Virus record (IMG/VR): IMGVR_UViG_3300012667_000578
Span: 1-38,310 of that record
Strand: one strand, 5' to 3'
Origin: a virus
Lineage: Duplodnaviria > Caudoviricetes
DNA length: 38,310 bases
How positions within the stretch are numbered: the stretch's first letter is position 1; every line of letters starts with the position of its first letter. Of the stretch, positions 1 to 6,717 are shown one piece after another. A program made the translations under genes and the position numbers. Under the pieces are notes generated by a model. That model was not told the DNA's origin, did no database searches, and was given only the letters and a program-made list of their open reading frames with translations.

Positions 1-400
1 TAAACGACAGCTTGGCTACCTCCACGATCACGCCGGGGGTTGATAAGGCTCAAGTCTTTTCCGGGGTGCGGAAGCTGAGTGATGCGGCGCAGGGCATTTT
101 TCTTGAGTTTAGCACGTCTATCGGCGCAAACAACGGGACACTAGCTATTCAAAGCCCCAGCGCATCTTTAAGTGACTTCCACTTCACAAGCAAAGGCACA
201 ACCCCAAGAAGCGCCTCAACTGCTATCTCTGCGCCTGCTACAAGAGTTTTGACAGGTCTTGGCGATATTGCGAACGACAACGTAACGCTCCGCATCAACG
301 GCGCTCAGGTTGCGGAGACTTTGACCGACCAAGGCACAGGGAACTTCCTCGCCTATCCGCTCTACATTGGCGCACGGGCAGGCACGTCCCTGTTCTTCTC
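1..400 (+). repeat. Imperfect terminal repeat with 37911-38310
   Basis: The first 55 bp are identical and the middle is divergent. The last ~70 bp (GACCAAGGCACAGG...TGTTCTT) are again nearly identical. Confidence 0.9.
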
Positions 401-506
401 CGGCCACCTCTACGGCTTGATCGCCCGCTTTGGCCCCAACCTCGCCGCCGGGCAAATCTCCTCCACAGAAACTTGGGTCGCCAGCAGAACAGGGATCACA
501 ATCTAA
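1..506 (+). CDS. C-terminal part (allele A) of the modular LamG/lectin-like virion protein that starts at 36728
   Basis: Bases 1-55 are identical to 37911-37965 and in the same frame as the ORF open from 36728. The sequence LRINGAQV...LYIGAR...FFSGHLYGLI is LamG/concanavalin-like. Confidence 0.75.
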   Translation, partial: NDSLATSTITPGVDKAQVFSGVRKLSDAAQGIFLEFSTSIGANNGTLAIQSPSASLSDFHFTSKGTTPRSASTAISAPATRVLTGLGDIANDNVTLRINGAQVAETLTDQGTGNFLAYPLYIGARAGTSLFFSGHLYGLIARFGPNLAAGQISSTETWVASRTGITI

Positions 507-895
507 TGCCACGTATCACAGCAGCAGCACCGCAAGCCCTCGTCTCTGACGCCAACAACTTCGCCATGTGCTTGGGTTACTCCTTGGCGGATGGCCTGAC
601 CTTCTCCAACCTTAACTGGCAGGACGCCAACGGTGGCCTCTACGGATGTGCCTCGTGGGAAGCTTCAGAGGAGTGGCTGGGGAAGGCACAGGAGCCTCTA
701 GAGCGCCCCTCATGGGACGTGGACGAGGTTATCGACATGGTGGCCGCAGAACGCGCGCAAGCAGCCTTGGTGGTCAGCACCGAGGCTCTCCTTGCGTCCC
801 CTGCGGCCCTCACGGCTATCACTGGGATGCAGGCTCTGGACGCCATCGCGGCAATGGGGCTGGTTGTGAAATCTGAACCTGAACTTGAGGCATGA
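506..895 (+). CDS. Hypothetical protein (129 aa), probably associated with the preceding virion protein
   Basis: The ATG at 506 overlaps the TAA of the previous gene (TAATG). Translation begins MPRITAAAPQALVSDANNFAMCLG. Confidence 0.7.
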   Translation: MPRITAAAPQALVSDANNFAMCLGYSLADGLTFSNLNWQDANGGLYGCASWEASEEWLGKAQEPLERPSWDVDEVIDMVAAERAQAALVVSTEALLASPAALTAITGMQALDAIAAMGLVVKSEPELEA

Positions 896-903
896 GGACG
901 GCG

Positions 904-1134
904 ATGGAAGGCATTTTCGCATATTGGCCAGTGGCAGTTAGCTTCGTCGCAATCATTGTGTGGCTGGTGCGCCTTGAGGCCGGAAGTGCCGAGAACACCA
1001 AGGAGATCAAGCGGCTTTGGAACCAGCGCCGGGAAGATCTGGAAGCCTCGCGCCAAGCCCGTGACGAGACCAACAAGATGCTTGGCGAAATCCGCGACGA
1101 CATAAAGTCCCTCATTGCGAAGGTCGGCAAATGA
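904..1134 (+). CDS. Putative holin-like membrane protein (one TM segment plus coiled coil)
   Basis: TM segment WPVAVSFVAIIVWLV followed by a charged helix. GAGG SD upstream and ATGA overlap with the endolysin. Confidence 0.55.
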   Translation: MEGIFAYWPVAVSFVAIIVWLVRLEAGSAENTKEIKRLWNQRREDLEASRQARDETNKMLGEIRDDIKSLIAKVGK

Positions 1135-1754
1135 CCCGGAAATACAGCGCACGCAGCCTGAAGAACCTGAACGGCATCCACCCGGATCTGCGTCGGGTTG
1201 TTGACCGCGCCTTGCAGGATAGCCCGCTTGACTTCGTGGTGATCGAGGGCCTGCGAACCCGCGAGCGGCAAAAGCAACTGTTGGCCAGCGGGGCTTCCAA
1301 GACGCTCAACAGCCGCCACATAACTGGCCATGCTGTTGACCTTGTGCCGATTGGGCCCAATGGCAAGGCGGCCTTCGATTGGCCTCTCTATGACGTTCTT
1401 GTGCCTGCTGTGAAAGAAGCCGCTGCCAAGGAAGGCGTGGCAATCGTCGCCGGAGCTGACTGGCCGAAATTCCGCGATGGCCCGCACTTTGAGCTGGACC
1501 GCCGCGTGTATCCAGAGGGCGATTGGACAAGCAAGGCCAAGCCGCCTGCGGAGCGCACCAGCCCAGCGCAATCCAAGACCGTGCAGGCATCCGCCGTGCA
1601 GATCGCATCCGGGGCAGGCGCAGGCATTGCGGCCGTGGGCGCGTTGGATGGCATGGCGCAGATCGTTCTGATGGCATTCATCGGCATCGGCATCTTGGCT
1701 GCCGCCTGGGTGATGAGGGAACGCATCCGCAAGTGGGCCGAGGGCGACAGATGA
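1131..1754 (+). CDS. Endolysin, M15-family L-Ala-D-Glu peptidase with a C-terminal hydrophobic (TM) tail
   Basis: Motifs HPDL, EGLRT.ERQ, SRHITGHAVD and WPKFRDGPHFEL. The C-terminus AQIVLMAFIGIGILAAAWVMRER is hydrophobic. Confidence 0.9.
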   Translation: MTRKYSARSLKNLNGIHPDLRRVVDRALQDSPLDFVVIEGLRTRERQKQLLASGASKTLNSRHITGHAVDLVPIGPNGKAAFDWPLYDVLVPAVKEAAAKEGVAIVAGADWPKFRDGPHFELDRRVYPEGDWTSKAKPPAERTSPAQSKTVQASAVQIASGAGAGIAAVGALDGMAQIVLMAFIGIGILAAAWVMRERIRKWAEGDR

Positions 1755-1936
1755 TCTGGTCCCTCGTGCTTTTGGTATGCGACCCGGCAACATGCGTTGC
1801 CATGAGCGGGCCGCTGGCCAAGGCCGAGGACGAATGCCACGCCGCGCTTGTCGATGCTGTTGGCCTGATCGCGCTGAAGTATCCGCAGGCTCAGGTGGTC
1901 GCATACAAGTGCATTCCGTGGGGAGCGCCGGCATGA
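1751..1936 (+). CDS. Small Cys-containing, possibly exported protein (61 aa) in the lysis cassette
   Basis: ATGA overlaps at both ends. Sequence MIWSLVLLVCDPATC...ECHAA...YKCIPWG has a hydrophobic N-terminus and 4 Cys. Confidence 0.65.
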   Translation: MIWSLVLLVCDPATCVAMSGPLAKAEDECHAALVDAVGLIALKYPQAQVVAYKCIPWGAPA

Positions 1937-2151
1937 TTTTTGCGCGTTTGAAAATGTGGGCGATGGGCATTGGCCTTATCGTGGCCGCGCTGGCAGCAAG
2001 CTGGCTTGGCGGCAGAAAGTCGGCCCAAACTGACGCCAAGCAAGAGGAGCTTGAAGGATATGTCGAAACCCGCAAACGCATGGACGAGGTTGATGCTGGC
2101 GATGATCCCGCTGTGCTTCGCGAGTGGCTGCGTGAACGCGGTAAGCGGTGA
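1933..2151 (+). CDS. Rz: Inner-membrane spanin (Rz-like)
   Basis: N-terminal TM (MGIGLIVAALAASWL) plus a helical domain. It overlaps a lipoprotein gene in the +1 frame. Confidence 0.7.
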   Translation: MIFARLKMWAMGIGLIVAALAASWLGGRKSAQTDAKQEELEGYVETRKRMDEVDAGDDPAVLREWLRERGKR

Positions 2152-2287
2152 GGCACTCTGCGCCGGGACCGAACAGGCGCGGGCTGAACATGCGGCGGCA
2201 TTGGCGAGCGATGGCGGGCCTCTTTCGCTGGTCACGGGATCGAGGCTGATCCGGCTCGTGGATGCGGGCTGTGCCAATGACACCTAG
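2060..2287 (+). CDS. Rz1: Outer-membrane lipoprotein spanin (Rz1-like), overlapping the i-spanin
   Basis: Signal peptide and lipobox LMLAMIPLCFASG|C, with an SD-like GAGGAG upstream of ATG 2060. Confidence 0.7.
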   Translation: MSKPANAWTRLMLAMIPLCFASGCVNAVSGEALCAGTEQARAEHAAALASDGGPLSLVTGSRLIRLVDAGCANDT

Positions 2288-3419
2288 ACAGCAACAGGCC
2301 ATCGAGGCGTTCAAGCGCACGGGAAACGTGGCCGAGGCTGCGCGCGAGATCGGGATAAATCGGCGCGACATGCAGCGGATGTTGGACCGCGCCGGTCTGA
2401 CCGGGGATGTCAGGGAAAAGTATCGCGTAGATCCGGCCATCGCTGACAGCATGGCGGCCGCCGGGACAAACATGGTGCCATCACTGGCTTGGGTGAAGGT
2501 GCAGCCGACCGATGACCAGCCCGGCTATTCCGTCATGCTGCGCCCCGATGCACAGCCGCCAGAGGCCGTTGCAGAGCGCATACGAGCGGCACTGGAGGGG
2601 CTTGTGCCGTCTGAGCCAGTGGTGGCCCCTGAAAGCGTCATGGCCGACCTGTGCGCCGTATATCCGCTCATGGACGCGCACGTTGGCATGTTGGCATGGG
2701 GGCGAGAGACGGGCGCGCAAGATTATGACCTAGAACACGCCGCGAAAGACATGCGGCACGCCTTCGCCAAGGTGCTGGCCATGACGCCAGCGGCCCAGCA
2801 GGCTGTTCTCCTGATCGGCGGCGATTACTTCCACAGCGACGATACGCGGGCCGAGACGCCAGCCAACCGCCACAGGCTGGACGTGGACGGGCGGTTCTGG
2901 AAGATCGTTGACGTTGGCATTGGGATCATCGCTGAAACAGTGGCACGTTTATTGGCAAAACATGCCAAATTGCATGTGCGCGTGCTGCGCGGCAACCATG
3001 ACCCACACTCCAGCATGACGCTCAACTTCGCGCTGGCCGAGCGTTACCGCAACGAGCCACGGATCACGGTCGAAAAAGAGCCGCGCGACTTGTTTATGAT
3101 GCAGTGGGGCAAGTGCGCCATCTTTGCCCACCACGGCGACAAGGGCAAACCGCAACAGATGGCGCTTTATTTGTCGGATGTCTGCCCGTTTTGGTCGCAA
3201 ACACGCCACAGGCACTACCTGACTGGCCACGTCCACCACGACCAAGCGAAAGACCTCGGGCCGCTGCGTTTTGAGAGCCTGCGCGCATTTTGCCCACCTG
3301 ATGCATATGCCGCTGGCATGGGCTACGGCGCGCGGCGGGCTTTGCAGTCAATCACCTTTCACAAGCAGGACGGTCTGGTGCTGCGCGCGCTAGATCCGAT
3401 TGATCGAGATGAAAGATAA
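2277..3419 (+). CDS. Calcineurin-like metallophosphoesterase with an N-terminal HTH
   Basis: Motifs DAHVG, GGDYFH, RGNHD, HHGD and GHVHH. The N-terminal GNVAEAAREIGINRRDMQRML is HTH-like. Confidence 0.85.
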   Translation: MTPRQQQAIEAFKRTGNVAEAAREIGINRRDMQRMLDRAGLTGDVREKYRVDPAIADSMAAAGTNMVPSLAWVKVQPTDDQPGYSVMLRPDAQPPEAVAERIRAALEGLVPSEPVVAPESVMADLCAVYPLMDAHVGMLAWGRETGAQDYDLEHAAKDMRHAFAKVLAMTPAAQQAVLLIGGDYFHSDDTRAETPANRHRLDVDGRFWKIVDVGIGIIAETVARLLAKHAKLHVRVLRGNHDPHSSMTLNFALAERYRNEPRITVEKEPRDLFMMQWGKCAIFAHHGDKGKPQQMALYLSDVCPFWSQTRHRHYLTGHVHHDQAKDLGPLRFESLRAFCPPDAYAAGMGYGARRALQSITFHKQDGLVLRALDPIDRDER

Positions 3420-3579
3420 CCTGCCCATCGCATCCTGGCGCGTTACGCGCGATGGCCTGATGGTGTCGATAAACCAGTATCATGGCGTGATACCATTCGG
3501 CCAATTCGGCGGGCTTGTGCTGGCGCTATTGCGGATGATGAAGGCTCGCGAGGGAAGCTATGGTGAAAATGAGCCGTAG
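3409..3579 (+). CDS. Small hypothetical protein (56 aa, hydrophobic segment), not in the ORF track
   Basis: Translation MKDNLPIASWRVTRDGLMVSINQYHGVIPFGQFGGLVLALLRMMKAREGSYGENEP. Its start overlaps the end of the phosphoesterase gene. Confidence 0.5.
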   Translation: MKDNLPIASWRVTRDGLMVSINQYHGVIPFGQFGGLVLALLRMMKAREGSYGENEP

Positions 3580-3647
3580 CGCAGTCTGATTTTCGACCAA
3601 ACACAAAGCCACCCGTGACGGTTTCTTGGATGTGTTGCTTCCCTCGC
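3548..3647 (-). ncRNA. Candidate ~100-nt structured RNA (three-way junction, C4-antisense-like architecture)
   Basis: Perfect 11-bp closing stem GCGAGGGAAGC/GCTTCCCTCGC enclosing two hairpin arms. A promoter is positioned to initiate at its first base. Confidence 0.6.
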
Positions 3648-3652
3648 AAATC

Positions 3653-3681
3653 GTTTTATCCAATCAGCTTCTGGCCTGCAA
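3653..3681 (-). promoter_or_regulatory. Putative sigma70-type promoter for the candidate ncRNA
   Basis: Minus strand reads TTGCAG-N17-TAAAAC, then 5 nt to the G at 3647. Confidence 0.55.
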
Positions 3682-3972
3682 TGGCCTTTTGTTCTCAAAC
3701 TCCTTTAACGCGCGTTCAATCGCACCGGGCTTGCAGGACCAGATAGCTTTCGTCTTTGGCTTTGCATCGGCCTCTTTCCAAAAGCGGCTTTTGGTCGATG
3801 GCATGTGCGGGTTGAACTTGGACAGCGCCAGGACAATGCCGAACCGCTCACATGCGGCCGCGATGCTGGAGCGGTGCATCTCGTAATGGTTGGCTGTCTG
3901 CGTGATGTTCCAGCCTTTTTCCTTAGCTGCGGTCAGCATGTCTTTGGTAATAATCCTGCGTTTCGGTGCCAC
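3664..3972 (-). CDS. Hypothetical HTH-like DNA-binding protein
   Basis: The segment GWNITQTANHYEMHRSSIAAACERFGI has an HTH pattern. Confidence 0.6.
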   Translation of the reverse strand: MAPKRRIITKDMLTAAKEKGWNITQTANHYEMHRSSIAAACERFGIVLALSKFNPHMPSTKSRFWKEADAKPKTKAIWSCKPGAIERALKEFENKRPLQARS

Positions 3973-4138
3973 GTGTTCTCTCCTTGATGGCGTTGATGGT
4001 GTCTAAGTTTTGCTGGAGCATATAAAGGATCAGATCCAGTTGCTCCTGAGTGGCCCAAAGCCCACCCGGCACGCGCACAAAGCCGGCGGCGCGGATGGCC
4101 TGTGCTTGGGGGCTTGTGTCGTGCCGGGCGCGGGTCAT
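3923..4138 (-). CDS. Hypothetical protein
   Basis: ATG at 4138 overlaps the upstream stop (ATGA). Begins MTRARHDTSPQAQAIRAAGFVRVP. Confidence 0.6.
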   Translation of the reverse strand: MTRARHDTSPQAQAIRAAGFVRVPGGLWATQEQLDLILYMLQQNLDTINAIKERTRGTETQDYYQRHADRS

Positions 4139-4317
4139 TCCATGTTCACATTCGTCCGCAGATACAGCCGCTTCGACCTGGCCCCGCAGTTCGGGCATTT
4201 AATTTCACGGACCAGCTTGTTCAGTTTCCGCACGTCCATCGGGAAGACAGGACCGGTGCTGAAGTCTGTCTTGCAGTCTCCGCAGCGGAAATGCATGTGT
4301 TTGTCTAGATTGGTCAC
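4135..4317 (-). CDS. Small zinc-ribbon protein
   Basis: CGDC...CPNC motif; translationally coupled on both sides. Confidence 0.7.
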   Translation of the reverse strand: MTNLDKHMHFRCGDCKTDFSTGPVFPMDVRKLNKLVREIKCPNCGARSKRLYLRTNVNME

Positions 4318-4649
4318 GGCTGTTTCCCCTTCACCGCCACAATGAGCGGCGTAACTTGTGCGGCCTTTCGTGGCGCGTAGAGTTGGTGGTGGCGGGTTCG
4401 AATATTGCCGCCGACCGTGTCAAACCTCGCGTTCAGAACGGCGTCCATTGCAGCTCGACCTCCTGCCCACCCCTCTGTGTCGCCTATACCAATGGTTTCA
4501 AATTGCGATGCACCCATGAGGCACATGAGTATGCCGTGCGGTTCTGTTTCGGCCTCGTCAGCCTCGATGATCGCAGCAAGTTCTCGAAGTTGGCGCGCAA
4601 GCGTTCTTCGCGGGGCTGGGATGCCATGAAAGCCCACAATCTTGCTCAT
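4314..4649 (-). CDS. Hypothetical protein
   Basis: 111-aa ORF with ATGA overlaps within the operon. Confidence 0.65.
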   Translation of the reverse strand: MSKIVGFHGIPAPRRTLARQLRELAAIIEADEAETEPHGILMCLMGASQFETIGIGDTEGWAGGRAAMDAVLNARFDTVGGNIRTRHHQLYAPRKAAQVTPLIVAVKGKQP

Positions 4650-5200
4650 CCCTTCTCTCCCTCAACCTCGGCCAGCGTGGCGCGGGCTTTTTCGTAGGCT
4701 TTTCCAGCTTCAACAGGACATGAAAAATATCCCAAGCTTTTACGCTTCCCGTTGATCATAATTCGGGCTTGATATGGAAGGTTGCTCCTGCTTGTGTGAA
4801 CCGTCACGCCGGGCGGCTGACCATTTGATCTCGCAACCTTAAATGTCCGAAACGCTCGGCAGTTTTGAGCATGCGTCACATCTCTAAGATTAGAGATTCT
4901 ATTGTCAGACTTTACACCGTTAATGTGGTCAATTGTGTATTGCGGCCATTCGCCGTAATGCAATGCCCAGCAAACCCTGTGCGCAGGATAGAGTGTGTCA
5001 AAAATTGCTCCACACATATAGCCTCGCCTATTTGTATTTAAGGCAAGCGCGTTGACGTTCTGAGCGTTCCAAGTTTTGTATGCGCGAAGGCTGGAAAACA
5101 TTTCTTTAGGCCTCGGCAGCCAGAATAGCTTTCCAGTGTCAGGCTCATAGCGCAACAGTTGCCGCAACAATTCGGGTGTGATATTTGGATGGTCAGGCAT
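4646..5200 (-). CDS. HNH homing endonuclease (HNH_3 domain plus AP2-like C-terminus)
   Basis: Motifs LRYEPDTGKLFW, AHRVCWALHYG, IDHINGVKSDNRISNLR and SLGYF. The segment is lower in GC than its flanks. Confidence 0.9.
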   Translation of the reverse strand: MPDHPNITPELLRQLLRYEPDTGKLFWLPRPKEMFSSLRAYKTWNAQNVNALALNTNRRGYMCGAIFDTLYPAHRVCWALHYGEWPQYTIDHINGVKSDNRISNLRDVTHAQNCRAFRTFKVARSNGQPPGVTVHTSRSNLPYQARIMINGKRKSLGYFSCPVEAGKAYEKARATLAEVEGEKG

Positions 5201-5287
5201 TGGCGAACTCCAGTCGCTGATGTTGGGCCGGTCGAGGGTGCAACCTCCCGGCCCTTACTTTTTGCGCTATTTTGGCTAAGATTGCAA
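5198..5287 (-). promoter_or_regulatory. Promoter + 5' hairpin + SD leader of the HNH gene (paralogous to 19039-19131)
   Basis: Minus strand reads TTGCAA-N17-CAAAAA-N4-GGGCCGGGAGGTTGCACCCTCGACCGGCCC-AACATCAGCGACTGGAGTTCGCCA-ATG. Confidence 0.6.
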
Positions 5288-5650
5288 GCAACGTCGCAAT
5301 TCATCCCGCTCCCGCTCCAACTCAGCAACGGTGTTGTCCATCACGGTCTGCGCCATGCGGCAGGTCTTGAGGTCACGTTCCAACCCCTCCGCATAAGCCT
5401 CGGCCTCCTTGGCGTCAGCACGGGCGGCTTCGAGTTGCTCGGTCAGGGTTTGGATGCGGTCCTCATGCAGCTTCCGCTCGGCTTCCATTGCGTTGGCATA
5501 ACCCCGTTGCTCGGCAAGAGTTAACTCGGCGGTCAGGGCTTCGATGCGGTCGGCGGCTTCACGCATAGTCTCATCCATAGGCACACCAAACCTTGCGTCA
5601 ATGTCACTCCATGACAAAGGGCGCAACCGTTTCACCAGATCGTCACTCAT
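5276..5650 (-). CDS. Coiled-coil hypothetical protein (MSDDLVKRLR...EAADRIE type)
   Basis: GGAGG SD before ATG 5650; repeated RIE.LTA/RIQ.LTE heptads. Confidence 0.7.
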   Translation of the reverse strand: MSDDLVKRLRPLSWSDIDARFGVPMDETMREAADRIEALTAELTLAEQRGYANAMEAERKLHEDRIQTLTEQLEAARADAKEAEAYAEGLERDLKTCRMAQTVMDNTVAELERERDELRRCLQS

Positions 5651-5665
5651 TTCGGCCTCCATCTC

Positions 5666-5851
5666 TTACCTGCGGACGACGCTGCTTGCTGTCCTTGCTG
5701 AATAGCCTGTCTTGGTTCTCTTCACATACCACAGGCTGTTGTCCTCAAACCCAATAATGGCATCTTTGTTTCCGTCCCTGATGCTGCTCCTGATGGCCTT
5801 CATACCAAGGATGATGTCTGTCGGATCGTCACACTCAATGATGTATCTCAC
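5666..5851 (-). CDS. Hypothetical protein
   Basis: 61-aa coupled ORF in the leftward operon. Confidence 0.6.
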   Translation of the reverse strand: MRYIIECDDPTDIILGMKAIRSSIRDGNKDAIIGFEDNSLWYVKRTKTGYSARTASSVVRR

Positions 5852-6255
5852 CGTGGCCTCCGCTGTTTAGACTCGGTCCAATCGCACGTCCCGGGGAACA
5901 CGATGCCGGGGAAGTCGTCGATGCGGCGGAATCTTACCACCATCGCCCATTTATCATCTCGACTTTTTGGCTCAAAATCGTAGCCAAAGACGCCTCCATC
6001 AGAATCCCGCGCCACCCACTCAACCCAATCAGGCAACCGATCCCATGCGATCACGTCTTGGGTCTTGGGCAGGGGGACGGTGCGGTAGATGCTTTCGTCG
6101 CACCACTCAGGGATGCTGTAACACCACCCACCAAGGTCTACTGGAGCATAGCGCTCAAACTCCCCACCCGCCTTCTCATGCTCATGCAGCGCAGCCTTTT
6201 CCTCGTCGGTCAGCAGGCCATACGGCACTCGGTTGTTGGTCATGTCGATGGTCAT
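5848..6255 (-). CDS. Hypothetical protein
   Basis: 135 aa with ATGA coupling; contains WDRLPDWVEWVARDSDG. Confidence 0.7.
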   Translation of the reverse strand: MTIDMTNNRVPYGLLTDEEKAALHEHEKAGGEFERYAPVDLGGWCYSIPEWCDESIYRTVPLPKTQDVIAWDRLPDWVEWVARDSDGGVFGYDFEPKSRDDKWAMVVRFRRIDDFPGIVFPGTCDWTESKQRRPR

Positions 6256-6458
6256 TTGCGGGCCTCCAACATGGCGTCGGCGATTTCGTAGGCGATCACA
6301 GCGGAAGATTTGCCGCGACGGTCAGCAGGATGCCAACCCTTGACACTGGCAATAACCTGCCCCGCAAACCAATCGCGCAGGGACATGCCGGGGGCGTAGG
6401 GCGTTGCTGTCGTCTCAATGGGAAACGCAGGCCCGCCATCGTCTTTTGTGTTGGTCAT
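6252..6458 (-). CDS. Conserved small phage protein (GGPAFP...GMSLRDWFAGQ...AY..ADAML family)
   Basis: Recognisable widespread phage motif. ATG 6458 has a GAGG SD. Confidence 0.8.
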   Translation of the reverse strand: MTNTKDDGGPAFPIETTATPYAPGMSLRDWFAGQVIASVKGWHPADRRGKSSAVIAYEIADAMLEARK

Positions 6459-6532
6459 TTCCCCCTCCTCGCCGGGCAGTCGCGCCCTTGGTTGCAGTTG
6501 TTGTTGCAGGGTGGGCAGGTCTGTTGGGTCAT
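6455..6532 (-). CDS. 25-aa Cys-rich microprotein MTQQTCPPCNNNCNQGRDCPARRGK
   Basis: Exactly fills the gap, with ATGA overlaps at both ends; 4 Cys. Confidence 0.65.
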   Translation of the reverse strand: MTQQTCPPCNNNCNQGRDCPARRGK

Positions 6533-6717
6533 GGCTCCACCTCCACATGCACGGGCAGCGTCTCGCACTGGAAATTATAGTCATAATCCAGCGTATCGCC
6601 GACCGGCTTCATCGCGGCCATGCAGGCGGCTTCGGTGACGTAGGGGATGCCAAACACATCCCCCGCCATCGGCCCGGATAAAGCAGTCACCCATAAAATA
6701 GTCATATAGATTGTCAT
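6529..6717 (-). CDS. Hypothetical protein, hydrophobic N-terminus, 2 Cys
   Basis: 62-aa coupled ORF. Confidence 0.65.
   Translation of the reverse strand: MTIYMTILWVTALSGPMAGDVFGIPYVTEAACMAAMKPVGDTLDYDYNFQCETLPVHVEVEP

Noticed and set aside
1-400. Diversity-generating retroelement (TR/VR pair) from the repeat with 37911-38310
   Set aside because: No reverse transcriptase is encoded. The differences affect all four bases and include indels, rather than adenine-specific substitutions.
819-2201. 460-aa minus-strand ORF
   Set aside because: It is antisense to the well-supported lysis cassette, has no recognisable domain and is typical of a high-GC shadow ORF.
3548-3647. tRNA gene, or simple intrinsic terminator
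   Set aside because: There are only two internal arms, no TTCRA T-loop, no D-loop, an 11-bp closing stem and no CCA end. It is too large and branched for a terminator, with no proper U-tract.
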